Program-made: the position numbers and the translations under genes
In this document: positions 1-9,818 of the stretch, piece by piece
Position numbering within the stretch: the first letter of the stretch is position 1
Layout: each line of letters opens with the position of its first letter
Notes under the pieces: model-generated
Database searches by the model: none
Told to the model about the DNA's origin: nothing
Seen by the model: the letters and a program-made list of their open reading frames with translations, nothing else
NCBI GenBank assembly: GCA_963765765.1
Contig: CAVXYC010000030.1
Coordinates: 160,001-224,000, forward strand
Length of the DNA: 64,000 nucleotides
Direction of reading: 5' to 3'
Origin: an uncultured Chloroflexia bacterium
GTDB lineage: Bacteria > Chloroflexota > UBA6077 > JACCZL01

Positions 1-656
1 GCCGGAGCTATGACAAGCGGCAGGTGCTCTTTTGTGAGGAATCCCGCTCCCAGCGCGGCAGCGGCCAGCCAGATTCCCGAGCTCACGCCGCGCAGCCACA
101 TTGCCAGACCCAGGAAGACGAGCGTGCTGGTGAAGGCGAGTTGACTATCAGGGAGAAATGCCGCGGAGGCTTGCCAGAACCCTGGCATAACCGCCAGGCC
201 CGCGGCCGCTGAGAACGCTGAGCCTAACGGCAAGCCGGTACACCTCATGAGCAGGTACAGGGTTGGAACCGTTGCCGCGTTGAACATGAGCTGAAGCCCC
301 CGCCCGGCCTGAAGTGGGTCATTACCGGCGACGATCGCCCCGAAAGCGGCGAAAACCGGCACCAGCGGATGGTGCACCACAATATCGCGGAAACTCATGC
401 CTGATGTTCCACTCGCGATGCGTATCCATTCCTGAGCGGTAATCGAGTACCGGTACTCATCGGTCGATATGCCCGATGAGAACAGCCCAGAGGTGGCAAG
501 ACGGAGCGAGAGCGAGAATGCCAGCAGCATCGCGACGGCGACGGCATCGATAACGGCACTTGCCTGAAACGTGCGGCTCGCGCGATTCGGGCTCAAAGCG
601 AGCCATGGATACGTCCGCTCGCCAGCGCCTGCACTATCAGAATGTTGCCCGATCAT
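1..656 (-). CDS. ArnT/PMT-like (GT-C fold) membrane glycosyltransferase, partial (runs off window start)
   Basis: Not in ORF track; read manually from ATG at 656: ...VIDAVAVAMLLAFSLSLRLATSGLFSSGISTDEYRY... (TM helix, LRL, then DE acidic motif typical of GT-C), further hydrophobic helices and GFLTKEH. No stop before window edge. Confidence 0.7.
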   Translation of the reverse strand, partial: MIGQHSDSAGAGERTYPWLALSPNRASRTFQASAVIDAVAVAMLLAFSLSLRLATSGLFSSGISTDEYRYSITAQEWIRIASGTSGMSFRDIVVHHPLVPVFAAFGAIVAGNDPLQAGRGLQLMFNAATVPTLYLLMRCTGLPLGSAFSAAAGLAVMPGFWQASAAFLPDSQLAFTSTLVFLGLAMWLRGVSSGIWLAAAALGAGFLTKEHLPLVIAP

Positions 657-798
657 CAAATGCTAGCCACCGCGCCGGCCAACCGATCGTGGAGCGTCCG
701 ATTACAATCAGGATCGCCCATCATGACGTCCTCGCGCGATTCCAGGATCGCGTTGGTCATGATCGGTACTTCCGTATCCGGACTATGGGGCACCCCGA

Positions 799-2325
799 CT
801 AGCTGGTCCAGAGCGAGCGGAGTTTGCGCTTCCAGGGCATCCATTTCAACTGGCGAAAGCCTACAACACACATTTGAAGCAGAAGAATGCCGTGTTTGAA
901 CGGCTGCACCTTCGTGTGGCCGGCAACCCTCGCACGATACCGAACGGGCATCTCGACCAGGGGAAGCTTGAGGCGCGCAGCGCCAAATAAGAGGTCGAAG
1001 TCTCCAAAAGGGTCGAAGTCACCGAACTCTTTCCGCGCCGCGGCAATCTTCTCGTAGTCCGATTTACGCAAGACCTTCGTTCCGCACAGTGTGTCCTTAA
1101 TACGCTGTCCAAGGAGCCAGGTAAACACCAGACTAAAGAACTTATTTCCGAAGAGGTTGACAATACGCATCGCCTCGTGCTCCATTGGATAGACGAGCCG
1201 CGAGCCGTTAACGAATCGACCTCGACCTTCAGCCAGCGCCAGGTAAAAGCGCGGCAGGTCTTCTGGAGGCACAGTGAGATCGGCATCGAGAATCATGAGC
1301 ACGTCTCCGTTGGCCGCCGCGAAACCCTTGCGTACCGCGTCTCCCTTGCCCGCCGCCAGCATCGTCACTTTTCCGTTTGACGTCGATTGGACCTCCGGCG
1401 CGGGCGTTTCCACTTGGTCGATCAGCTTGATGTCTTTGCCGGGATGACGGTCGATCTGCTCCAGGATCGCATCGCGGGTGCCGTCGGTCGAGGCGCCGTC
1501 TACGAAGATCAGCTCCGTATGTGTGCCCATATCGGGCAGGCGCTCAACGGCGTCGGCGATGTTGCCCAGCTCATTCCGACAGGGCACGATGACGGTGCAA
1601 GACAGCGGGGCGGGCTCGGGCAGCGGCCGTGGTCGCGCCACGACGCTGTGCACCAGCGCCAGGTGATGGAGCGGTCCCACGTTCACGAGTACATTGTTCG
1701 CCAACGGTTCTATGATCGGTACGTTCTTTGGAAACAGCAGCCCGACATCAAGCCGCTCCACATCAAAATTGCAGACGTCAAGCAGGTTGGTGACGTCGCC
1801 CTTGCCCAGCCAGTTCAGATTCGGCTGAGGACGCTTCAGGCCCATTAACTCAGCGGCCTTCAGCACGGGCTCCCAGACGAAGTTGTAGAACGTCATCACG
1901 AGACGTGTATCGGAATTGGACTGCTCGTGGAGCCGTCGCAGGAACGCCCATAGATCAGGGATCTCGCCCACTAGATCCGGGAGAAGGATGTAATCGAACG
2001 GACGATCCAGCCGAATGTTCTCCGGCTTTTCGATCAGGATTTCGAGATTCGGATAATGTTGGCGTGCGGTGGCCGCCAGGCGAGCATCCTGCGTAATTCC
2101 TAATCCGTCGCTAGGCTTCACTCGGCTCAGCAGATCGCCTGCCTCGCAGTGGAGATCGAGCACTCGCAAGCCTGGGGGCACTATTGAAGCAATGTGACGC
2201 TCCACCCACTCGTGATAGTGGCGGTTCCGCATGCGCCAGTAGAGTCGGTCAGTCCGGCGAATGGCCGGGCTGGCGGGGGATGTGCGGTTTAAGGTCTTGA
2301 GAGTCATTAGACATGCGCAGCGCAT
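799..2325 (-). CDS. Bifunctional class I SAM-methyltransferase-like domain / family 2 glycosyltransferase (DPM1-like)
   Basis: N-terminal Rossmann-like MTase region (VLDLHCEAGD, FDYILL); C-terminal GT2 motifs IVPCRNE, FVDGASTDGT, GKGDAVRKG, ILDADL (DxD), DTLCGTK. Confidence 0.85.
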   Translation of the reverse strand: MRCACLMTLKTLNRTSPASPAIRRTDRLYWRMRNRHYHEWVERHIASIVPPGLRVLDLHCEAGDLLSRVKPSDGLGITQDARLAATARQHYPNLEILIEKPENIRLDRPFDYILLPDLVGEIPDLWAFLRRLHEQSNSDTRLVMTFYNFVWEPVLKAAELMGLKRPQPNLNWLGKGDVTNLLDVCNFDVERLDVGLLFPKNVPIIEPLANNVLVNVGPLHHLALVHSVVARPRPLPEPAPLSCTVIVPCRNELGNIADAVERLPDMGTHTELIFVDGASTDGTRDAILEQIDRHPGKDIKLIDQVETPAPEVQSTSNGKVTMLAAGKGDAVRKGFAAANGDVLMILDADLTVPPEDLPRFYLALAEGRGRFVNGSRLVYPMEHEAMRIVNLFGNKFFSLVFTWLLGQRIKDTLCGTKVLRKSDYEKIAAARKEFGDFDPFGDFDLLFGAARLKLPLVEMPVRYRARVAGHTKVQPFKHGILLLQMCVVGFRQLKWMPWKRKLRSLWTS

Positions 2326-2703
2326 GAGCCACGGCGCTGGGACATCACATCATGGCAGGCCACGCGCCTGGATTTCAATTTGAAAGAAGTGCGGTTGGTA
2401 ACGTGAGACTGGCGCTAGCGAAACGCGGCGACGCCGATCACCCGATCGCGGGCGATCGGCCAGGTGAATGCGCGCCCCGTCGTGTGATGCATAGCCCGTT
2501 ACTGATCTTTCGGCACCATTCAACAAATATGAGGGCGGTCGCAGATTGATACGCACCGAACTGAAGGCCGTTCTTCACGACGATCCCTGTGGTCTCGCGA
2601 GGATGGACTTTATCTAGAGGACCCGGGTTTGCATCCAACTGCTGCGTCTGGGGGTGTAAAGATCAATCCCGTATCTGGTGGGCGCAAGAAAATTGCTGTC
2701 TGA

Positions 2704-4200
2704 TTAGTAGGCGCCTCGCCCATGGATGACGGCCCAGAGTGTTCGCGCCAGAATCTTGACATCCAGCCCCAGCGAGTAGTTGTAGATGTAATAAAGGTCA
2801 TAATCCGTGTGCCAGTGCATTGGGAGACCCCTTCCCTGCACTTGCCACCAGCCGGTGATGCCGGGGCGAACTTCCAGCCGACGACGCTGCCAAGGTCTAT
2901 AGGCTTCGACGATAAACGGCTGTTCCGGTCGCGGCCCCACGAGGCTCATGTCGCCACGCAAGACATTGACCAACTGTGGAAGCTCATCCAGGCTGGTTCG
3001 ACGAAGAAACCGCCCCAGACTGGTTACACGCGGATCATCGGCGTACTTGTACACCGGCTGTCCAGAGCCATCGAGCTCTCGCGGCTCAGGTGGTGGTGCG
3101 CCATCACGCATTGTTCGGAATTTGTACATGGTGAAGATGCGTCCGTTCTGGCCCACTCGCGATGCGCGGAAAAGAATTGGCCCGGACGAGTCCAGACGCA
3201 CGGCCAGTGCGATAACCGCGATCAGTGGAGCGATGAGCACGAGCAGCACGGCGCTGAGCGCCACGTCCAGGGAGCGTTTCGCGGCTTGCTCAACGGCCTG
3301 CATGGCCGGGTCGCGAAGATAGATCACCGGGATACCACCCACATTCTCTACCCGGGCCTGCGTGGCAGCGTACTCCATGACATCAGGAACCATCCGCACG
3401 CCCACGCCCGCCTCTCGCAATCGCGCAATCAGCTCGGATGTCCGCAGGCTGCTATTTGGCGGTAATGCCAGAACAACTTCATGAATCTCGTGTTCGCGGG
3501 CACACCAGGCCAGCAGCGCCGGTGTCGTCCCCTCGCCCAGTACGGGCTCGCGCTCTCGCCAGACATCCACTGCGTTGTCTTCATGTTCGCCAGCATCAAT
3601 GAAACCAACCAACTGGCTACGTGGGATGCTGCCCCACCGTGCGCGGCGAAGACTGTGGGCGATCGTCCGCGCGACGGGACCGGTGCCCACCACGGCGACG
3701 CGCTGCTGCATGGGAATTGCCCAACGAACGAGGGACGTCAGAATCAACCGTACCGCGATTACCCCGAGCGTGCTCAATACGAAGAAATACGCGAACAGTA
3801 AACGCGAAACATCGCGAAATGTCAGATAGAGAGCGCCCGCAAAGAGAGCCGCGACGGCGATTGAAACGCCGGTCGCTCGAATACACTGTGCCGAGAGATG
3901 GATCGACCGATCGATGCGGTAGAGCTCCAGCTGTGCGGAAGCACCGACCCAAATGGTCAGGACCATGAAGGTGATGAGCGAATCTAAGCTTTCTATCTCG
4001 GAAGAAATCGTCTGCCCGAAGCCCAGCGTGGTACGCGCCCGTTCTGCAAGCGCGAGAGCCAGGAGGATGATGACGACATCGAGAATTCGGGCCGCGAGAC
4101 CGTAAAACGCGAGTCCCGACCGGAATGACTCGCCGACTACGCCCGAACGGTCGAGCGTTCGGCCTGTGGAGTTTGCGACGCGCGTAGCCGATGACAGCAA
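2704..4200 (-). CDS. Polyprenyl-phosphate hexose-1-phosphate transferase (WcaJ/WbaP-type priming sugar transferase)
   Basis: N-terminal TM helices, central Rossmann-like domain (VAVVGTG), C-terminal KRSLDV, YKFRTM, DPRVTSLGRFLRRTSLDELPQL, GDMSLVGPRP, PGITGWWQV. Start uncertain. Confidence 0.92.
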   Translation of the reverse strand: MLSSATRVANSTGRTLDRSGVVGESFRSGLAFYGLAARILDVVIILLALALAERARTTLGFGQTISSEIESLDSLITFMVLTIWVGASAQLELYRIDRSIHLSAQCIRATGVSIAVAALFAGALYLTFRDVSRLLFAYFFVLSTLGVIAVRLILTSLVRWAIPMQQRVAVVGTGPVARTIAHSLRRARWGSIPRSQLVGFIDAGEHEDNAVDVWREREPVLGEGTTPALLAWCAREHEIHEVVLALPPNSSLRTSELIARLREAGVGVRMVPDVMEYAATQARVENVGGIPVIYLRDPAMQAVEQAAKRSLDVALSAVLLVLIAPLIAVIALAVRLDSSGPILFRASRVGQNGRIFTMYKFRTMRDGAPPPEPRELDGSGQPVYKYADDPRVTSLGRFLRRTSLDELPQLVNVLRGDMSLVGPRPEQPFIVEAYRPWQRRRLEVRPGITGWWQVQGRGLPMHWHTDYDLYYIYNYSLGLDVKILARTLWAVIHGRGAY

Positions 4201-4422
4201 TACAAGCTCTTTCGTGCGCGGCCTAAGGGGGAGTGGCTGACGACGGCATATCGGTCTCTGGATGAGACACTGCTGATCAGTTGGCCTATCCTACTGGATG
4301 CTTGAGATGCGATCAATAGTGGAGAGACGCACCCAGAAGCGCTAAAACGGACGTTTTGCGCGACGGATGCAGAAAGCGTCGATTGAGCGATTGCTCCTTG
4401 GCGTAGTCGCACCGGGCGGCGC

Positions 4423-4457
4423 CTAAAGACCGGCGGAGGCCTCTCCCCGGTCTTTAG
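4423..4457. terminator. Stem-loop downstream of the desZ-like gene
   Basis: CTAAAGACCGG...CCGGTCTTTAG 11-bp perfect inverted repeat, about 55 nt after the stop of 4511..5530(-); no strong U-tract. Confidence 0.5.
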
Positions 4458-4510
4458 AGCGGCAAACTTAGTCGAATTGGTTGTCGATGCTCGCTGGCTC
4501 ACCCCGGCCG

Positions 4511-5530
4511 CTATTTCGCGCCGTTCCAATAAGCAAAGCCCATGGCGTTGCCCGTGCCAGCGATTGAGCGATAGCACGGCTGGAAATCGACCAGTGACAT
4601 CTCCAGATCGCCATCCGCCATGGCTCCTGCAAGGGCGATCCAGTTGCGGATCTCCGATGTGCCCGAATTGAATCGATCCCGAGGCATGTTCATGAGCGCC
4701 TCGTCGTCCTTCTCGCGGAACGCGTTCAGGACCATCTCGTCGATGTCTTCCTCAACAACGAAATGGGTCAGGCCGCCGGAGGCGAACACAGCCACGGTCT
4801 TATCGCTGTCCCACTCGCGGATTGCTTTACCGATCGACTTGCCCAGCTTGTAGCTGCGACGAAGCGTCGGCTGGTTGGGTGGGTAGAAGGTATTGATGAA
4901 GACGGGCACGTTCGGCGGGACATTGTCGTGCATGATCCGACGGTAGACGAAGCCGTAGGCATGCGGAATGGACGGATGCTCGTGCCGGCCCTGAGGAAGC
5001 TGGTTGAAATGGCTGACGTCGAACTCGTCGTCCATCAGTGTGCTGAGCATGGTGGTGGCCAGGTCCGGTGCCCCTGAGATCTCCATCGGCTCGGGCGGTG
5101 AGTGCCCCCAATTGGCTATAGCAATGCCGGGCGGCATCTTGGCCAACTCCTCTTCCGTGGGGGCCTGATTCATGAACTTGTCCCCCCAGAAGACCGCGAA
5201 GGCCGGCATGTTTGTGTCGTGGAACAGCTCGCGCTGATCGTCGCCGATGATCACGCAAACGTCCGGCTTGACCCGCTCAACGACCTCCGCAAGCTGGTCG
5301 ATTGCCTTCTGACAGGCCGTGTGACGGGCCTCCATCTTCTCAGGAGTGATCTCGTTTTCGAGCTTCTCGTCGCGACGCAGGTCAACGAGCTCGTCAAACG
5401 TGACGTTCTTGCCCTTGAACCACAGCTCGGAGCTGCGCTTGTCCGCCTGAACCCGCTGATCCCATTGCTGCCAGGGCGTGCTCAGCATCGGGCCATGCGA
5501 AGTGGCCACGCCGAGAACTATGTTCGCCAT
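4511..5530 (-). CDS. desZ: LigB-superfamily extradiol ring-cleavage dioxygenase, 3-O-methylgallate 3,4-dioxygenase (DesZ)-like
   Basis: MANIVLGVATSHGPML, GDDQ, PHAYGFVYRRIM, NTFYPPNQPT, ASGGLTHFV, GTSEIRNW and PCYRSIAGTGNAMGF closely match my recollection of Sphingobium DesZ. Substrate not established. Confidence 0.8.
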   Translation of the reverse strand: MANIVLGVATSHGPMLSTPWQQWDQRVQADKRSSELWFKGKNVTFDELVDLRRDEKLENEITPEKMEARHTACQKAIDQLAEVVERVKPDVCVIIGDDQRELFHDTNMPAFAVFWGDKFMNQAPTEEELAKMPPGIAIANWGHSPPEPMEISGAPDLATTMLSTLMDDEFDVSHFNQLPQGRHEHPSIPHAYGFVYRRIMHDNVPPNVPVFINTFYPPNQPTLRRSYKLGKSIGKAIREWDSDKTVAVFASGGLTHFVVEEDIDEMVLNAFREKDDEALMNMPRDRFNSGTSEIRNWIALAGAMADGDLEMSLVDFQPCYRSIAGTGNAMGFAYWNGAK

Positions 5531-5737
5531 CGCTCAATCCTCCTCAGTTTCGTACGCCCCCGCGAACGCTGGCAGAGGCAGGAAGGGCCAATAATCGCGG
5601 CTTCGAGCCGCTGAGAGATTCTACCGCCGCAACGCATCTTGGCGTGAACGAATCAAACTCCCTCGTGGCGCGGGGCTCTGTGTCCGCCGGTCATCACGCC
5701 GGGCATTGGCGGGTACCCACGCCACCGGAAAACGGCC

Positions 5738-6733
5738 TTATGTCCCCATGATAGACGGGGCAAACACCTCCTCGAGACTCATGACCCGCGGTGTCAAGCC
5801 CTGCTCATTGGACCACTTTGTCACGGTCTCGAGTACATTGCGATTGGCCTTGATTCCGTATGGGTACGGGTCGATCTCGAGATTCGTCTGGTCTTCGGAC
5901 GGAAGAAGTCCCAGGTCGCTATACACGGTCGACAGGCTGAGCAGCCTATCCCGGGCCGAGTTCTTGGCCTTCTCAAACGCGTCGAAGATACTCTGAGCAA
6001 CCCAGGGGTTCTGATCGAGAATCGAGCGACGTACGATAACCCCGTGGTTGATTGGGAAGAGTCCCGTACTCTTGTAGAAACGCGCCCCCTCGGCCTCGCG
6101 ATCAGGAAAGAGAGGCTTAATCAGAGGGTTTCCGCTGAGCTCTACGCGGCTGCGATCCACCAGATTTGAATCAGTCAAGTAGAGCAATGTGGCATCCAGC
6201 TCATCATTCAACAGCATGGAGCCGATGCTCTTCTCTGCTGGAATCTTATTGAAGTTGAGACCCGGTGGTGGCGTGAAGCCGGTGGCGCCACCGTGACTCA
6301 GCTCACCTACCCGCTCCATCCACCATTCGCAGTCCATCGGATCCACGCCAAACTCGTGCTTGAGTGCCCCCCGGGCCCAGAGCGCGGCGGTCTGCTGATA
6401 CTCCGGCACACCCACGCGCTTGCCTTTGAGGTCCTCAGGCTTATTGATGCCCTTGTCGGTCCGCACCAGAACTCCCGTGTGGAAGAACTGTCGCGACGTG
6501 AAGATGGGCAACGCCCACCACGGCGACTTGCCGCTAGCGGTGAGCATCAGAAGCGATGACAGCGACATCTCCGAAACGTCGAACTCCGCAAATCGAAGCT
6601 GGCGCCAGAAGAGCTCTGAGCCATGCACCGCGGTACTGCGAAGCTCGATTCCCTCAGGCTCGATGAGCCCATCGAGCACGGGCCGCGTCCGCACATTCGA
6701 GCCGAAGCCCAGACTTATTGGTAGTTGCGCCAT
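5738..6733 (-). CDS. 4,5-dihydroxyphthalate decarboxylase (Pht5)-like protein, periplasmic-binding-protein fold
   Basis: Start at MAQLPISLG after an RBS. Motifs ELFWRQL, FDVSEMSLSS, DLKGKRVGVPEYQQTAALWARG, FPINH, DPYPYGIKANR; no signal peptide. Confidence 0.8.
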   Translation of the reverse strand: MAQLPISLGFGSNVRTRPVLDGLIEPEGIELRSTAVHGSELFWRQLRFAEFDVSEMSLSSLLMLTASGKSPWWALPIFTSRQFFHTGVLVRTDKGINKPEDLKGKRVGVPEYQQTAALWARGALKHEFGVDPMDCEWWMERVGELSHGGATGFTPPPGLNFNKIPAEKSIGSMLLNDELDATLLYLTDSNLVDRSRVELSGNPLIKPLFPDREAEGARFYKSTGLFPINHGVIVRRSILDQNPWVAQSIFDAFEKAKNSARDRLLSLSTVYSDLGLLPSEDQTNLEIDPYPYGIKANRNVLETVTKWSNEQGLTPRVMSLEEVFAPSIMGT

Positions 6734-6819
6734 TGCACCCTCTCCTCGCGCGTTAGCTGTGCGGCCTAGTGTACTCGGCCGGGAAGATGATGTCCCGTGG
6801 TGATTGGGCGCGGAGCGAG

Positions 6820-9335
6820 CCACCCAGAGTGAACTGCCAGACTTTTTCGGGAACGTTGCTCCAGTAGGCCACGTCATTCAAGTAGACATCCGACGTGGAT
6901 TCTGCGAGACATTCGAGTGCTTGCTCGCACGTCATACCCATGGCCGCCGCACCCGTTTCGATGACATGCAGTTCTGCGGGTGTGTACTCGCGCTCGACAC
7001 GCTGCCGGCGGCGCCCATGAGAATTCCGCTGGTTACTACATATCCCCAACGGGCAGTAACATCCAGGTCACTCGCCCCTGGGCTCAAGGAGTGACTCCCA
7101 AGAGCGGTCAGCGGCGCAATCGAGCGAAGCTCAAGGCTAACGGTGCCTGTGGTTACGCCAGGAACCGCCTCTTCCGTACTTTGAAGCATGGCGAGTCTTC
7201 GACCCAGATTCGACGAGCTCTCGAGAATTCCAGCCGTCGCTGGGAGAGGGACGCGGGGCCAGTTGTCGCGCATTGCCTCTCCATTCTCATGCATGTAGAG
7301 AGGAGCAGACCCAACAGCCAGAATGTGCGGCCATATCGGTAGGTTGTGTCGATCCCACTTCGTTGCTCCAGCGAGCTCGAGCTGGGCGATGTAGGCATTG
7401 GCGCGCATACTCAGATTCGGTTGGGGTGAATCGATAACGCCATCACTCGACTCGAACAGTCCTGGCTGCGTTTCGGATGATTTCGAAACATCCCTTATTT
7501 CAAGTGGAATGTAATACGCGTCCTTCAGAAAAGCATGATCATCGCCGAGTATTATGGCAAGGCCCTCATCGCTGGCTACTGCAATGCGACGCGTAACGAC
7601 AAATGCGTTTCCATTCCAGAGTTGGGCCGAATAGGCTGGTCGCGGTTCATTCCAAATGGGGCGAACTGTCGTGTGGTAGCACCACCTGGCATCGAACGGT
7701 AGGACCATGAACCTTTCGATATGGCCCGAATCAAAGCCTTCCCTTGCCATAAGCAATTTGCGGGCAGATTTGGCGTCGAAGCGTGCAGCGTCCGTAGTGA
7801 GACTGGGAACGATTGCACGGGCGGAGTCCCAGTCGATTGTCGGGTCAAGATACTGGCGCATTCGGTGTTCAAGCACGTCGCGCTAGATACTAATCAGCGC
7901 GCCTTTGCGCTTTTCCACAGCGCCCGGAAAAGGTTTCACCTCTCGACAGTTCATTCACACGAGGCCAACTGAGATAGTCTGCAGAGCTCTGTTCAGGGCG
8001 AAACGAGAATCGTGTCGCCTCGACTGGATTCGCAGTGGTGCAGGTCGACAGGGTCGAGCTAGAAGACTTGAGATTTCCGATTAGATCTGAGTGTTTTTCC
8101 ACTCCCCAGAACTGTCGAAACTGCACTGAAGTTGCGGGAGTATGACTCGGGTTGTGCACGATGAGAGCGATGGCTGTGCCGACGCGAATCCCCTCGCGGT
8201 TGTACTCCGTCGAAAACACGATTGGATCAGGCTTTCCCTCGGCTGTTAGCTTTCCCGTTTGTCGGCTATCACCATTCAAGCAGTCGATCCGAACATCATC
8301 GAACGCATTGAGCAGGCGTTCACGCAAAACGACGAAGGAAGCGTCACTCAGGTAGGAGAAATTCGAGATGTAGCAAACCACGCCCCGCCCCGTCTGTTCC
8401 GCCACGCAACGCTCTGCGATACGAAAGAACCGGACGTAAAGGTCATCGAGATTGAACTTCTTGAGATTCCACTTCTTGACCAGGCCTACTTTGTAGGGCT
8501 CGACAAGCCCTTGCTCCTCTTTCGGGCTGACACCCGCGTAAGCGTTATACGGCGGATTGCTCAGGACCACGAGTACGCGGGTGTGACGTTTCACCCGATC
8601 GCCGGCGTCTCGCTCCGCCTCCAACTCCGGAAACATGAGGTGAGTGCGTGCCCCGGTGGGGGTCTCCCAGCCGGTAAGCGAATTCGTGAGGTACACGCCC
8701 GCCCGTTCGGATCCATCATCGGCAAAAGGAGCCCCAATGTTTTGGAGCATCAAACCTAGCTGGAGATGGGCAACCACGAACGGCGCGGCAAGGAGCTCAA
8801 ACCCGAAAATGCGCTCCCGGGCGGCGCGCTTCACATCATCCCCAACTAATGCATCGCCACCATTTTCCAGCAGCGTCCTGTGTACACGCTTGAGCACTTC
8901 AACGAGATATGCTCCCGTACCACAACACGGATCGAGCACGACTACCCTAGGGTCGGCCAACCCATCGGTAATCGATAGCTCTTCACGGAGCGCGCGGTCC
9001 ACCCGCTCCACCATGTACTGAACAACCTCAGGCGGAGTAAACCACACGCCCATTGCTTCGCGCAGCTGAGGATCGAACTCCTTCAGAAATGGTTCGTAGA
9101 AGTACTGCACTGCCAGCCCGGTATCCAAGCGCGTGAAGAACGCGGCGCGGTCAACGCGGTGCAATGTCTCGCCAACCCAATCGAGTAGCTCCTCAAGGTT
9201 CTGCGGGCGCAGCCGAGACGGAATCGCGAGTTGACTGAAATGCGTACTAATCACTGGGACTCTCAGGTGCCACACCGCAGTTCGCCAGTCAAAGTGTGCA
9301 CCGGCCGTTTGTGGGTCGGACTTACTCCACAACAC
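6820..9335 (-). pseudogene. Relic of a type IIG / type ISP-like restriction-modification enzyme (N6-adenine MTase plus C-terminal specificity domain), truncated at both ends and frameshifted
   Basis: ORFs 7890..9458, 6932..7876 and 6753..7049 form one protein: VQYFYEPFL..FDP..R...GVWFTP, motif I VLDPCCGTG, motif IV NPPY, DLYVRFFR, PFDARW, WPRVPLP, WSNVPEKVWQFTLGG. N-terminal nuclease part absent; homology appears to stop after LGG. Boundaries approximate. Confidence 0.8.
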
Positions 9336-9818
9336 CGAAACAATGGTGGGATTGCGAGCAGCGCCTGAAGTAGTCGTAATGGGTCCTGAGTCAGTTTCGG
9401 TGGCAAACAGCAACTCGATGTTGTCAAGCAGAACGTTCTCAGCGGAGTCATTCGCCACTACTTTGCCTACATACCACCGATGGGAATCGCTCGCTGCTTC
9501 TCGTGAGCTCGAGCCTTCGCTCCGCGAGTTGAAGGCTTAGATTGAGTCGTAGCTGGTCACGATCAGTGGAGAGCCGAGAGATGCCGCTGTCTCGCGCGAG
9601 CGCGGTGGACCCACGGGCTGGACGAGCCGACAGTCGCAACGGCCGCGTTGTCCAGAGGCGGTCATCAGGTGCGCGAGGCGGTACGTCAGACTGGTAATTG
9701 CTCAACGGCAGATGCCTCGTACCGAACGATTAGGCCAGTTAGACAGCTTGAGAGAGTGGGGCCTAGTGTACTCGCACGGAAGTGAGGTGCGCGACGGCCT
9801 GGGAGTGCTCTGCGACAT

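Noticed and set aside
656-871. 71-aa ORF whose stop overlaps the GT-C start codon (TGATG)
   Set aside because: No recognisable motif, and it overlaps the 3' end of the upstream GT2 gene; the overlap may be chance.
2326-2703. ~380-nt intergenic gap with a small palindrome (GCCGATC...GATCGGC), possible riboswitch
   Set aside because: No known riboswitch consensus recognised; short ORFs on both strands lack support.
9448-9705. 85-aa ORF as the missing N-terminus of the R-M enzyme
   Set aside because: No nuclease or R-M-like motifs; Arg/Ser-rich composition looks non-coding.
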